Shown here: positions 18,530 through 28,614 of the stretch, piece by piece
Numbering within the stretch: the stretch's first letter is position 1
How the letters are laid out: the number at the start of each line of letters is the position of its first letter
Source: an uncultured virus (IMG/VR IMGVR_UViG_3300020576_008020)
Taxonomy: Duplodnaviria > Heunggongvirae > Uroviricota > Caudoviricetes
DNA: 64,000 bases
Virus record (IMG/VR): IMGVR_UViG_3300020576_008020
Strand: one strand, 5' to 3'
The notes under the pieces: model-generated
Told to the model about the DNA's origin: nothing
The model's input: only the letters and a program-made list of their open reading frames with translations
Database searches by the model: none
Made by a program: the position numbers and the translations under genes

Positions 18530-19330
18530 TCAATTCCTTGCACCTTTTGCGCGCCTCATTACCCTGTAACTGTATGGCTGCCCCTGTATTATCGCCTTTT
18601 TGCAGCCGCGGGAAATAGCGTGCTCTATCAATACCCAATCATGTCCATACTGGCCATCGCTTTCCGGTAATGTCTTCAGAAATTCTGTCCTGATAATTAT
18701 CTCTGCATGGCCTATCTTTCCATACACAAAGTTGGTGTCTCGGTAAAATCCTATATCGTCAAGCCAGGTTTCAAAACCGACAAGGTCATATGGCTGCTCT
18801 TCTGGTCCAACGGATTCAACTACCGCCAGCCTGGTGGAAACATGGTCAGGTAAAAGCAGGTCATCATTATCAAGGTACAACGTATATTTTCCCCTGGCAA
18901 GCGTTCTTGCAAGGTTACGCTGCGCAAACCCATAGCCGCCCTTGTGCTCGGGCAGGTTTATTACCTTTACGGCATTTCCTTTTAGTGCCGACCTGCTGAT
19001 AATAGGCTCAAAATAGTTGCTGTCTATCAGCTTTTGTAGCTCGGGGCAGCAATCACCCAGTATCAACAATTCCCAACCGTTTGTATCTTGAGCTAAAACG
19101 CTATTGATAGCGGCAATGGTGTCGCGCGGATGCTCCCAAACAGTAAGGACTATTGTGGCCCTGTAAGTTACGGCATTGTCTTCGACAACCTCATATGACG
19201 GCACCAGCATAAACTTATGGCCCACTGGCTGAGTTGACATAAAAGATAACGCCATTGCTTCATTGTCAAACTTTCCACTTTCATCATTATTAAGCCCGGT
19301 AACAACTATTTTTTTTACGACTGTAGCCAT
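18530..19330 (-). CDS. glycosyltransferase family 2
   Basis: AINSVLAQ..WELLILGD, RNLA...ARGKY.LYLDNDD. Confidence 0.85.
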   Translation of the reverse strand: MATVVKKIVVTGLNNDESGKFDNEAMALSFMSTQPVGHKFMLVPSYEVVEDNAVTYRATIVLTVWEHPRDTIAAINSVLAQDTNGWELLILGDCCPELQKLIDSNYFEPIISRSALKGNAVKVINLPEHKGGYGFAQRNLARTLARGKYTLYLDNDDLLLPDHVSTRLAVVESVGPEEQPYDLVGFETWLDDIGFYRDTNFVYGKIGHAEIIIRTEFLKTLPESDGQYGHDWVLIEHAISRGCKKAIIQGQPYSYRVMRRAKGARN

Positions 19331-19365
19331 TTTCTTTTATTGTCTGGTCTTTATTGTTATGATTG

Positions 19366-19833
19366 CTATTTTGTGGATTCAATATGCTTCAGCGCTTCCA
19401 TGCAAGCCTCTCTGCGTTTTAGCAACTGGGTAGCATAATAGTATGGCCATTGAACCAGGCGCTCGTACTCCTCGTCTTTTTCCCACTGCTGTGCCTCTTC
19501 ATAATTTTTATTCCACCTGTCAAGATATTCCCTTACTTCTTCTTTAAAACTATCAGGAATATCGGGAGGATTGCTGGCATCTATCCACTGTGGGTCTTTG
19601 TCATGCCATTCACCATCATCATCAAAATACATCTCAATCCAATTACGTTTTTGTTCAGTAAAATACTGATTTAAACGCAACATATTTTTTGGCTTTTCTC
19701 GCATTACCGGACTCCACCATTTGGGTGGCTTTACAGGCGCATGCGCAGCATGATAGTCAAGCAAGGTCATGCCTTCCCTCTCTGTATAGGGCTCTTGTGG
19801 AAATGCTGCAATATTCTGTTTTTCTAAACTCAT
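19366..19833 (-). CDS. conserved phage protein
   Basis: AFP...GMTLLDYHAAHAP motif. Confidence 0.65.
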   Translation of the reverse strand: MSLEKQNIAAFPQEPYTEREGMTLLDYHAAHAPVKPPKWWSPVMREKPKNMLRLNQYFTEQKRNWIEMYFDDDGEWHDKDPQWIDASNPPDIPDSFKEEVREYLDRWNKNYEEAQQWEKDEEYERLVQWPYYYATQLLKRREACMEALKHIESTK

Positions 19834-19843
19834 GATAATATAT

Positions 19844-20293
19844 TTATCCTTTTGGTGAATCAATTAAAAATGTGGTATCGCCCTCTGCCAGGCTTTTAAG
19901 AAACTGCTCGTACACCGTATTTTTGCTTTTAATCAGCAGGTAAGGAAAAAAGACAGTTGCCATGTCAGCCTGCTCTGCTTCTATAATAGCCATCTGGGCC
20001 TGTACCCATTCCAGTATAATGCGCCAGCAGCAATTTTGCGCATGCTGGTCTGAGTGATATTTTTTAGCCTTGGTCTGCCTTCTCAAAACTTTCTGTACAC
20101 CGCGCCAGTTAGAGGGCAAACGAAAATGAATTAATTTTCCGCTGACTTCAATAGCAAAAGATATATTGCTGATGCTTTGGTCCTTGTCATATTCAATGCT
20201 TATGCTCCGGGCACCCTTTAATGCTAGTAGCTTCTGCACTTCCGCAACCGACCTGTGCGCGGCTATGCTGGTTGTATAGTTTAGTATTGGCAT
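19844..20293 (-). CDS. conserved phage protein
   Basis: NYTTSI..SVAEVQKLL..GA..I, CWRIILEWVQAQMA. Confidence 0.7.
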   Translation of the reverse strand: MPILNYTTSIAAHRSVAEVQKLLALKGARSISIEYDKDQSISNISFAIEVSGKLIHFRLPSNWRGVQKVLRRQTKAKKYHSDQHAQNCCWRIILEWVQAQMAIIEAEQADMATVFFPYLLIKSKNTVYEQFLKSLAEGDTTFLIDSPKG

Positions 20294-20302
20294 ATCATTT
20301 AC

Positions 20303-20725
20303 TTACTTTTGTTTTAGTGCATTATTACAATGTTCCGCAGTGACAATTTTATTTTTCAATAAAAATATCAGCAATTCGGCGCGGGCCTGCGCCTCTGTAT
20401 TTGATTTTACGTCAGGGTTACTAAAGTCTACCGGATTTCTGCACCCGCAAGACCAAACACCAAACATGTCTGCGCTATTATCGTCATCATTGTAAGAAGA
20501 GGTGAATATTAGCGGAAACCCATACGCCTTATATCGAACAGCCGATAGTATCTGTCCCAGCTCTCCAGCCAGAAATGCATTTAATACATGCCCGTTCTTA
20601 AAGTCAACAGAGCTTCTTGGCAAAATACCCCAACTTGTATGATAAAACAGGGATTCTCCCAAAACGCCCAATTCATAAAGCGTTTGCGCCTGGTCTTTCG
20701 CGCAGCATTGACTTTCTATATGCAT
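20303..20725 (-). CDS. hypothetical phage protein, paralog of 33542-34042
   Basis: shared IE.Q.C...A..L.ELGV and EA.ARA..L..LL..K.VTA..CN motifs. Confidence 0.7.
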   Translation of the reverse strand: MHIESQCCAKDQAQTLYELGVLGESLFYHTSWGILPRSSVDFKNGHVLNAFLAGELGQILSAVRYKAYGFPLIFTSSYNDDDNSADMFGVWSCGCRNPVDFSNPDVKSNTEAQARAELLIFLLKNKIVTAEHCNNALKQK

Positions 20726-21061
20726 ATTTATTTTTTCGGAAGTTCTTTACTTTTTTTCTGCATCTGCTTATTTTTTTTGTTCCAGAGCGACATCCACGTT
20801 TTAGTCAGCGCAATTACTTTGTTCTTTATCCGCTCCTGCACAGGCACACTGGACTTACTCTTTATTGGCACGGAGAAATGAATGTCTGCTTTGGGTATGT
20901 AGCAATCGTAATAATCCTCATCCCTGATGGCCTCGTATTCTATTTCGAAAACGGCTTTTTGTTTTTTGAGACCTGGTTGTGTGTTTTTTGTAGGTTCGTT
21001 TTTGCGGGTTGGCATAAAAAAAAGAGTGGGGGTAAGTAAGTATTTAATATTGACAATAATG

Positions 21062-21559
21062 TTAATCTTTAATTGCTGCAAGCCGCTTTTTGTACTCGGA
21101 ATCCAGTATTTCCTGCATTCCCTTTACCGGCTTATAGGGCGCATTGTCAGTGTCCACAAGGATGTATTTCTTACCCATGTGCCACGCAACACCTGGGCGA
21201 CGATATATTTCCAGATTAGGACCAGTACAAAAAGAAAAATTCAATGCTTTATTCAGCACGTCATTGCTGATTTTCGGCAAGGCATTTAACTCATCGCGCA
21301 ACGCTTTATTTTTATTATCAGCCTTGGGCCAGTACAGCTTTTGCCATGAGGCACCCACAGAGCGCCAGCCTTCGGGCTTACCGTAAAGTATTTCTACGCC
21401 GACGCAGGAAACAAGGGAGTTACTATCTGTAGCAAATTTTCCAGAAAAGCCTTTTGCTTTTAAAGTGTCCGCTATAGCCGCGCGAGCCGCTATCATACCG
21501 TTTTTAATGTCCCACAGCTTATCAAAAAGCGCACATCCGGGCATTATTTTAAATTTCAT
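21062..21559 (-). CDS. hypothetical protein
   Basis: 165-aa ORF. Confidence 0.65.
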   Translation of the reverse strand: MKFKIMPGCALFDKLWDIKNGMIAARAAIADTLKAKGFSGKFATDSNSLVSCVGVEILYGKPEGWRSVGASWQKLYWPKADNKNKALRDELNALPKISNDVLNKALNFSFCTGPNLEIYRRPGVAWHMGKKYILVDTDNAPYKPVKGMQEILDSEYKKRLAAIKD

Positions 21560-21612
21560 AGAAAGTACCTTTGGTTTGTTGTATTGATGGATAATAATAT
21601 TTTTGTATCAAA

Positions 21613-22194
21613 TTACGGTATTTGGTTTTTCCACTTATTCTGCCAATACATGTACCCCTCATAATCAGAGGTAAACATTTTAAAATGAAAAATCGCCAAT
21701 TCGCTTTCAGCAAATTCCGGGCGGGCACCGAGGAACGAAGACGAGCGGTTGAAGTCGAAGCCGAAATACGCCAAGCGAAACCCGAAGGGACTACCGTTAT
21801 TCGGCACAATATTAGCATATGCACAATATTTTTTCTGCTGAATATTGGCCATATCAGGTTTCCAGTCTTTGGGGTTTAAGGCCAGCATACCTACCATCAG
21901 CCTACGCCAGTATAGGTTTGTCATAAATTGCGCCGCTTCTTTATCAGGGCCAGTTAAAACATCAGGCACTGCATAATCAGCCTCTTTCACCCCGGCAGCA
22001 ACACACAAGTCAGAAAATGTTTTTACCCAGGTCATGGGAGGCGGGACGGGCATTGTAACGGAGCCCAATCCGGATTCAAAATTGTCATTGGCTTTTTTCT
22101 TAAGCAGCGAAATCATATCACGAAGATTACCGCCGGCCTTTTTCCAAGCATCTTCAATTGACGCTATGCTATATTGCTGATTACCTGTATCCAT
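21613..22194 (-). CDS. hypothetical Bacteroidota phage protein
   Basis: ALN..WKPD.....KY and GARP.F..ELA pattern. Confidence 0.65.
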   Translation of the reverse strand: MDTGNQQYSIASIEDAWKKAGGNLRDMISLLKKKANDNFESGLGSVTMPVPPPMTWVKTFSDLCVAAGVKEADYAVPDVLTGPDKEAAQFMTNLYWRRLMVGMLALNPKDWKPDMANIQQKKYCAYANIVPNNGSPFGFRLAYFGFDFNRSSSFLGARPEFAESELAIFHFKMFTSDYEGYMYWQNKWKNQIP

Positions 22195-22205
22195 TGTTTA
22201 AATAT

Positions 22206-22952
22206 TTATTTGTAAATAATCGCCACATTTTTTAGCCTTTCCCATATCACAGCGCCACAAAAAATAGCCACGGTAAGACCAGAAAATATGAAGTCGGTGT
22301 AATGGTTATTAAGCACAGTAATAATGTTCTCCAGGTGTTGCCAATCCGCTATAGCAGACACAACCAGCTTTATACCCAAAAGGCCTATAACCACAAATGC
22401 TGCGCGCTCAAGCGAAGAATATTTTTTCATCAGCTCAATAAACCAGGTAGCAATAAACCGCATAGCCAGTATACCAATAAATACGCCGGTAAGAATCACC
22501 CATCGTACATCACTCATAGCCACCGCGGCAAAAATATTATCAATGGAAAATGACAAATCCATAAACTCAACAAAGATTACGGTAGTCACAAATGTAGAAA
22601 AGCCCATTTTTTGGAATAAATGGTACAATTTGGACTTTTCCGGCCCCTGTAGGGCATCTTCCTCTATAGTATCCACTTTTTTGGTAAAGTGGCCATAAGC
22701 AAGCCACAGCAGGTATGCTCCGCCAAAAAGCTTCAGGTACCATAGGTTTACCAGCCAAGCAATAAAAAACAAACTGGCGCCGCGCATGACGTATGCGCCT
22801 ATCAGACCGTACTTTAGCGCCTTTTTACTCTGGTTACCGGGAAGGTCCTTTACCATTATAGCCAGCACCGCGGCATTATCAACAGATAGTAACCCCTCCA
22901 GAACAATCAGGTTAACTACCATCAGCAGGTTTGCAATCAGTTCGTTGCTCAT
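22206..22952 (-). CDS. terC: TerC-family integral membrane protein
   Basis: LEGLLSVDNAAVLA, KKALKYGL.GAY..R, DLSFSIDNIFAAVA, GILAMRF. Confidence 0.88.
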   Translation of the reverse strand: MSNELIANLLMVVNLIVLEGLLSVDNAAVLAIMVKDLPGNQSKKALKYGLIGAYVMRGASLFFIAWLVNLWYLKLFGGAYLLWLAYGHFTKKVDTIEEDALQGPEKSKLYHLFQKMGFSTFVTTVIFVEFMDLSFSIDNIFAAVAMSDVRWVILTGVFIGILAMRFIATWFIELMKKYSSLERAAFVVIGLLGIKLVVSAIADWQHLENIITVLNNHYTDFIFSGLTVAIFCGAVIWERLKNVAIIYK

Positions 22953-22969
22953 TATATTATTTTTTACTA

Positions 22970-23146
22970 TTAACCTTCGCCCAGTAAAATAGCAAACAGG
23001 TCAAGGTCATACGTGCTTGCGTTAGGGGCATTTACATCCCAGCCAGCGCCCATATGTAATTTTTTCAATGCGCCTCCGTCCTTATCAAGGACCGGTCCGC
23101 GTTCCCCTTTTTGCAGGTTCAAACCTGCTGGTGTTGTTGCTTCCAT
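22970..23146 (-). pseudogene. truncated TerD/TerZ-family protein (N-terminal 58 aa)
   Basis: LNLQKGE...L..GAGWD....YDLDL, then stop. Confidence 0.7.
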
Positions 23147-23208
23147 AAACTTTGTTTTTGTTTTTTTGGTTTTGTTTAAAAAACGTTTAATAATAGACAT
23201 TGTGTACA

Positions 23209-23223
23209 GCAAATACCGTGCCA
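23209..23223 (-). promoter_or_regulatory. sigma54-type promoter
   Basis: TGGCACG-GTAT-TTGC upstream of terD fragment/terC. Confidence 0.8.
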
Positions 23224-23258
23224 ATTTTTTAGATTTTAGCACAAACGTCTTTGAATTA

Positions 23259-23708
23259 TTAATAAATTCTCGGCCTGCGAAAAGGCTCCATCAGCGCTAT
23301 CGGAAGAAACACCTGACGCTCAAAACCCTTACCTTTAAAATAAAATATATTGTGGTTTTTTTCGTCCATAATATATGATACTGGTATTTTCCAACTGCCC
23401 GTATTATCCCTTTCAAATAAACATACGTACTCAAATGTCTTTGCCTTCTCCAGCACGCCATAGTTAAATCCATAGCTCTCATTTTTTAGAAAAAGATGAT
23501 TTTCCCGAGAACGCTCTACATAAAAATAACCTTTTTCTATATCAATGACGCCAAGCTTACGAATGCGAATTTCAGATTTCAGCTTTAACTGTAAGGTTAT
23601 GGTCTCTCCGTCATTGGTGGCAATTATCTTGTTGCCATCACTATCAAGCATATCCGATACCCTTGGATTTTTTTTGGTGGGCTGTTTTTGTTCTTGCTGC
23701 TCGCTCAT
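23259..23708 (-). CDS. hypothetical protein
   Basis: 149-aa ORF. Confidence 0.7.
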   Translation of the reverse strand: MSEQQEQKQPTKKNPRVSDMLDSDGNKIIATNDGETITLQLKLKSEIRIRKLGVIDIEKGYFYVERSRENHLFLKNESYGFNYGVLEKAKTFEYVCLFERDNTGSWKIPVSYIMDEKNHNIFYFKGKGFERQVFLPIALMEPFRRPRIY

Positions 23709-23737
23709 TGGATAAATGTTTTATACTGCTTAGCATT

Positions 23738-23771
23738 ATTTACTTTCAAAGATAATTTACTTTCAAAGATA
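23738..23771. repeat. 17-bp tandem duplication containing TAnnTTTG on - strand
   Basis: ATTTACTTTCAAAGATA x2; one-mismatch copy at 16177-16193. Confidence 0.8.
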
Positions 23772-24334
23772 ACTTTAACCACGAACACATTATCACCAAC
23801 ATTTATAAATCAAATAAATATATTTTGGCCGGCTCGGTTTTTTAGGGCTTACATTGCTGCGCCTGTCGTTTCCTTACTTTTTAAATATTCATCAAACGAC
23901 TTGTGCTTATACGATAGTCCGTCTTTGCAGGTTTCCCTGGAAGCATTAAAACATTCCCTGGCAAAATCTTCAATATCCTTAGCAAGCTCATTTTTTTGAC
24001 GCTGCTTACTAAGAACATGTATACTTGGCTCTACAGAGAGTATGCCAATTGTTTTATCTACTATAAATTTAATGGTTTTCATTTTATTTTATTTTTTACT
24101 CAATCCTAAAACAACTTCTGGCTACCGGATTACCGTCGCCATCGGTAGTCCATAGCCTGCGACTGGCATCACCTACCTTTATAGCATATTCCGCAGGCAG
24201 GCGCTCGTCTTCAATATAAACCGCGCAATGGTCATAAACTACATGCCCAACACGGCACTGACTTTCTTCCAGAACCACATCCGGCATTCGAACCGGATTT
24301 TCCTGATTTAAGTATTCTGATAGGGTCATTTTGT

Positions 24335-24670
24335 TCATTTTTTTATAGCCACCATGGCGATATTGTACTTTTCTTGAAATTCTTTTTTTGTTTTTAATTT
24401 ATTAAGCGCGCTTGCATGCAAATTGACCACAGTGCTATGGTCTTCGTATCCAAAAAAATGTGCCATTTCGGCCAGCCGCACCTGCGGATGATTATGCCTG
24501 ATATATAGCTCACCTATCATTCGTAGATAGACATATTTACGCGACCGGTTTCTTACGGAATAATCCGCCAAAGTTAAATTTAATGACTTAGCAATTACCG
24601 CTAAAGACTTTTTCAGGCCTTGATTATTTTCAATTTTCAGCGGATTTAACTCCATGCTTGTTATTCTCAT
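24335..24670 (-). CDS. stand-alone DnaA C-terminal (domain IV) HTH-like protein
   Basis: RSRKYVYLRMI...LAEMAHFFG..DHSTVV. Confidence 0.65.
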   Translation of the reverse strand: MRITSMELNPLKIENNQGLKKSLAVIAKSLNLTLADYSVRNRSRKYVYLRMIGELYIRHNHPQVRLAEMAHFFGYEDHSTVVNLHASALNKLKTKKEFQEKYNIAMVAIKK

Positions 24671-24843
24671 CTTATTCCAAAATATTTTTATAGCTGACAA
24701 TACAAAAGCCTTTCCAGCCACAGCGCTCGTTGCCGCTGGCAAGGCAACTACTGCCTACCAGGTACCCTTTAACAAAAAACTCATTAAATCCGGTAATCAC
24801 AATTTCCTCACCGGTTACAGCAGACCTGATAGACTGCCCTACG

Positions 24844-25140
24844 TTAATGTTGGTCTGGTTTTTCATCACTATTATGATTTTGGGATTTACGACGAATCAT
24901 CTTTTCCATGGCGGTTTTTAGGTAACTATCAAAGCCTACCGTGCCAAATTTTTGATAAGCCAGGTGAAGAAGAAGATAAACGCAGTCGCCAATTTCCTCC
25001 TTTATATTTTCAGTGTCATCGGCACCTATTGCCATGGCCAGCTCAACAACCTCTTCGCCAAGCCATTTTACCTTGTCTTCAAAAGTATACTCCCCAGCAT
25101 ATTTCTCAGCCACCATAATGGCCTCATGATTAATGTTCAT
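24844..25140 (-). CDS. MazG-like nucleotide pyrophosphohydrolase
   Basis: LGEEVVELA..I....ENIKEEIGDCVY. Confidence 0.8.
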   Translation of the reverse strand: MNINHEAIMVAEKYAGEYTFEDKVKWLGEEVVELAMAIGADDTENIKEEIGDCVYLLLHLAYQKFGTVGFDSYLKTAMEKMIRRKSQNHNSDEKPDQH

Positions 25141-25346
25141 GTTAATGTAAATGTGAATTTAAAACATTTTCTCTAAGCCAGATGAGCACATCTTTATAAT
25201 TTGGCGTCACCGACGGGTCAACCAGAAACTTTTCTACATAATTTACAGAATGCTTTCCCTTGGGAATTTTAACCCATTTTATTTGGCAGCCATCGCAAAC
25301 CATGTAACTATTATTTGCATCCATAAAATGCCATTTTTATCAAACG

Positions 25347-25631
25347 TTAATTCATTTCAAAATCCCGCTCCATTCCTTTATTGTCCAATTCTTCCTTAAG
25401 TTCCCGCAGCTCTTTTTCCAATTCAGATATGCGCTTCTTTTGAGCTGAATCAAAACGCTCACTTAAATGTCCGTACAGCTCTTTTGCCTGTTTTTGACTA
25501 AAAACAATACTATTTTCTCCGCAAGCAATATCCATTTCCTGCGGATTAGAGTCGTCATAATATATGTTTTTAGCAAAATACAAAGCAAGACCTTGCTTGT
25601 CTTCTTTTATTTTAATTATTTTCTGCGCCAT
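25347..25631 (-). CDS. hypothetical protein (start reassigned to MAQKII)
   Basis: ATG at 25631 lies directly after the sigma54 site. Confidence 0.6.
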   Translation of the reverse strand: MAQKIIKIKEDKQGLALYFAKNIYYDDSNPQEMDIACGENSIVFSQKQAKELYGHLSERFDSAQKKRISELEKELRELKEELDNKGMERDFEMN

Positions 25632-25643
25632 ACATATACAAAA

Positions 25644-25658
25644 GCAATAACCGTGCCA
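25644..25658 (-). promoter_or_regulatory. sigma54-type promoter
   Basis: TGGCACG-GTTA-TTGC. Confidence 0.8.
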
Positions 25659-25671
25659 AATTATTAGCACA

Positions 25672-27276
25672 TTAATAATGAAAATTGTCATCGCCCCACC
25701 GGGGCCGAATCCACTTATCATAACACGGGGTACAATATGGATACGGGTAAGTAAGCTCAAGCACGGTAGAGCACAACTTACATTTTTTCCCAGCGGCCAG
25801 CTTTTTATCAAGCAGCATGTCACTGAGCTTATTAACCAGCAGCTCCTTCTGCGCCCGGATATACACCTTCTCGTTGTCCTCATGATTTAATGACCGGCAC
25901 AGGTTAAGATATAACTCAATTTCCGATATTTTATCCTCATATTCCTTAATATCGTACAAAACGCCTGTTTTGGGAATATGCATAATGCCGTCCCTGGCAT
26001 ACCCGGAGACAATTGAAGAAAAGTAGGCTTTATTGTTGTTTTTTATCGGCGCAGTAAGCAATATCCACTTTACATTTAAGGTAAAAGCCTTTTTATCAAC
26101 CAGGCTGGCTATTTCAAAATACCGGGTTACTGATTCCCGAAAAACTATAGACCGCAACTTTTCCGGTATAAACTGGATATTTTGAAATGCGGATATTCTG
26201 TCAACAATGCTCATTTTTTCCGGAAAGCTGGAAAACATTTCGAAATCAAAACCGACATAGGCCTTATGTACATTATCAGGGCCAGCATACAGCTCGCGCA
26301 AGCGCCGTAACTTATAGTCCCCATTAGCCGAAACAAAACAATCGTCACCGGATAGTCCGTAGCGGCCCGCGCGCCCGGCAATTTGCCGCACCTCAATAGG
26401 ATTAAGCGCCCGGCTTGCTATACCATCGTACTTTTCAATATCCAGAAAAACCAGGTAATTACATGGCAGATTTACGCCCATACCTATTACATCAGTACAG
26501 ACCATGACGTCAAAGTCCCCGTTCATAAAACTTTGTATCTGCGTTCGCTTTACTTCCGGCGGTAAATTACCGTATAGTACCCCGGCATTAAGGCCAATTG
26601 CCTGAAGCTGCATTTTTGCAAGGAGCACCCCAATACGACTAAAAGTAACAAAAACGCCTCCTTTACCCAGCTTTTCGGTAAAAAACACCGGATGCTCAGC
26701 AAAGCGAAACTTACTGAGCATATCATACTTTTTTACCTCGTAGGCGCGGCCCGTCAATGATAATAGCCCAGTAATTACGCCTAAAGCCTCGGGATTGACA
26801 ATAATATGCACCTCAGTGGCTGTTACATCTAATATTGCCTTTGTCCAAGCCTTACCCCGCTCCCGGTCGCCAATCATAAAAGCTTCGTCTATAACAGCAA
26901 TATCGTATACCTTGTTACAATCAAGCATTTCAATTGTACTGGCCGTAAACCTGGAAGATTGCTGACCAACTATCTGCTCTTCTCCGGTTATTAAATCACA
27001 GGAATATCCTTCAGCAATGAGCTTATCATAGATTTCCCAGGCTAATAGCCGGAGCGGAGCCAGATATATGCCGGTTTTTTGTTGCTTTAATGCCATCAGG
27101 GCATTGTAGGTTTTCCCGGAATTTGTGCTGCCGCAGTGAATAATATACCTGGAATGAGATATTCGGTCAAACATTCTGGTCAATATTCCGGCCATGGCAT
27201 TACGATGCTCCTGCTCATGCTGTTTTTTTAGCAACTTTGCTTTCAATCTTTTCTGATTTTTACAAACTGATTCCAT
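25672..27276 (-). CDS. SUV3-like SF2 helicase
   Basis: GSTNSGKTYNAL, YLAPLRLLAWE, IDEA.MI.D..RG.AWT, YGNLPPE, TD.IGMG.NL, QIAGRAGRYG. Confidence 0.88.
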   Translation of the reverse strand: MESVCKNQKRLKAKLLKKQHEQEHRNAMAGILTRMFDRISHSRYIIHCGSTNSGKTYNALMALKQQKTGIYLAPLRLLAWEIYDKLIAEGYSCDLITGEEQIVGQQSSRFTASTIEMLDCNKVYDIAVIDEAFMIGDRERGKAWTKAILDVTATEVHIIVNPEALGVITGLLSLTGRAYEVKKYDMLSKFRFAEHPVFFTEKLGKGGVFVTFSRIGVLLAKMQLQAIGLNAGVLYGNLPPEVKRTQIQSFMNGDFDVMVCTDVIGMGVNLPCNYLVFLDIEKYDGIASRALNPIEVRQIAGRAGRYGLSGDDCFVSANGDYKLRRLRELYAGPDNVHKAYVGFDFEMFSSFPEKMSIVDRISAFQNIQFIPEKLRSIVFRESVTRYFEIASLVDKKAFTLNVKWILLTAPIKNNNKAYFSSIVSGYARDGIMHIPKTGVLYDIKEYEDKISEIELYLNLCRSLNHEDNEKVYIRAQKELLVNKLSDMLLDKKLAAGKKCKLCSTVLELTYPYPYCTPCYDKWIRPRWGDDNFHY

Positions 27277-27577
27277 GGTTGCCGCATGCAGGGGGTTTCA
27301 TTTTAGGCCCAATGTCGTCAGGTACCGCCGTTTTTTCTTCTACCGGCAATACAATTACACCAGACATACCTTTGTCACAAGTAAGCGACCACTGAACTGA
27401 CCACTTTTTGCCGCATATGCAGGTGAATATCTCCGGGGCTGCACCCCAGCCTTTGCGCATACGCAAATCTATAGTGGTGCTGATAGATACTTTTGTATTA
27501 CCGGTACCAACCTCGCTTCTACAGCAGGTAAAGCAGGCCCTATATTCGCCATAAGCACTATTATGTTGGAGTATCAT
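27260..27577 (-). CDS. hypothetical Cys-containing protein
   Basis: 105-aa ORF overlapping neighbours. Confidence 0.55.
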   Translation of the reverse strand: MILQHNSAYGEYRACFTCCRSEVGTGNTKVSISTTIDLRMRKGWGAAPEIFTCICGKKWSVQWSLTCDKGMSGVIVLPVEEKTAVPDDIGPKMKPPACGNHGISL

Positions 27578-28127
27578 TGCTTACTTCTGGTTTTTGATTA
27601 TTGTTATCTTTACTGTCATTTATCTTCGGAGATAATAATACCATTTTGCTTATGCGCGTTTTGAACCATTCGAAAATGTTCTTATCATTAAATTCATCCA
27701 CCCAGTCGTGCGCAAACCACTCTTTACTGAGCGCACTCCAGTCAATGACGCTCTTTCGCAGATAAAAAGGAATACACTTTTCCGGGACAAAAGACAGAAA
27801 ATACCGGCCACTTTCATGTTCAAATGTGGCGCACATTTCTTCTTCACAACCCAGCATGAACCACATCTGGAGAAAGGCATCACCGGATATTTTCATAAAT
27901 CCCTCAAATGCAAGTTCCTTTTCTTCCCCTGGGCGCTCTTTGCAGACTTTTAAAAAGTCTTCCATATTGAAGGAGTCCGCACCCTCGGCTTGCTCTTCTT
28001 TTTCTGCCAACAAATTATGCTGGACCAAATAGGCATCCATGGCCGCCAGTACCGCCTTTTTACGATTTTCACTCCAACCGGATAAACTGTCGCAATGTTC
28101 ATCAAGTATCTGCTCTGCTGTTTTCAT
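27561..28127 (-). CDS. hypothetical protein
   Basis: 188-aa ORF starting MKTAEQIL. Confidence 0.65.
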   Translation of the reverse strand: MKTAEQILDEHCDSLSGWSENRKKAVLAAMDAYLVQHNLLAEKEEQAEGADSFNMEDFLKVCKERPGEEKELAFEGFMKISGDAFLQMWFMLGCEEEMCATFEHESGRYFLSFVPEKCIPFYLRKSVIDWSALSKEWFAHDWVDEFNDKNIFEWFKTRISKMVLLSPKINDSKDNNNQKPEVSNDTPT

Positions 28128-28614
28128 ATTTTTGCTGTATTGTATAATATTTAATCTTGCAAGCCTCTTACTCCCGAATTTACGGGCCTAGCCTCCAATT
28201 CTTTTACTCTTGCCTCCAGCTCCTTAACGTAATCAAGCAAATGTCGCAATGCTTTATGAACTAAAGATGCACCATCGCATTCATCAACGTGAAAATTATA
28301 TTCCCCTAAAGCTTCTTCTGCCTGTTTTAGGCTAGCCCCCTTTTCTTTATTGCTGCTGTTTTTCCCCATAGTTTTTTCCAAATTTTGTATATATAACGTA
28401 GCGCAGAATAAATAACTAATTTTTTTTCTTTGCCGGGAGCCTGCACATGAATGCCGATTACCCGAATGTCTTTTCTTTTAAGCGCTATCGCATTTTGCTT
28501 ACTACCAGCCAGTGCCATTTTTATAAGCTTTATGGCATTTTGCTCACTGCCGGCCAGCACGGTTTTTTCCATTTTTTGGCCACGAAACCAAAAACACACA
28601 GTATACTTTCTCAT

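Noticed and set aside
24933..24947. TGGCACG inside mazG (also 20866, 46161-46175, 63587)
   Set aside because: No TTGC at the -12 position and/or intragenic; not counted as sigma54 promoters
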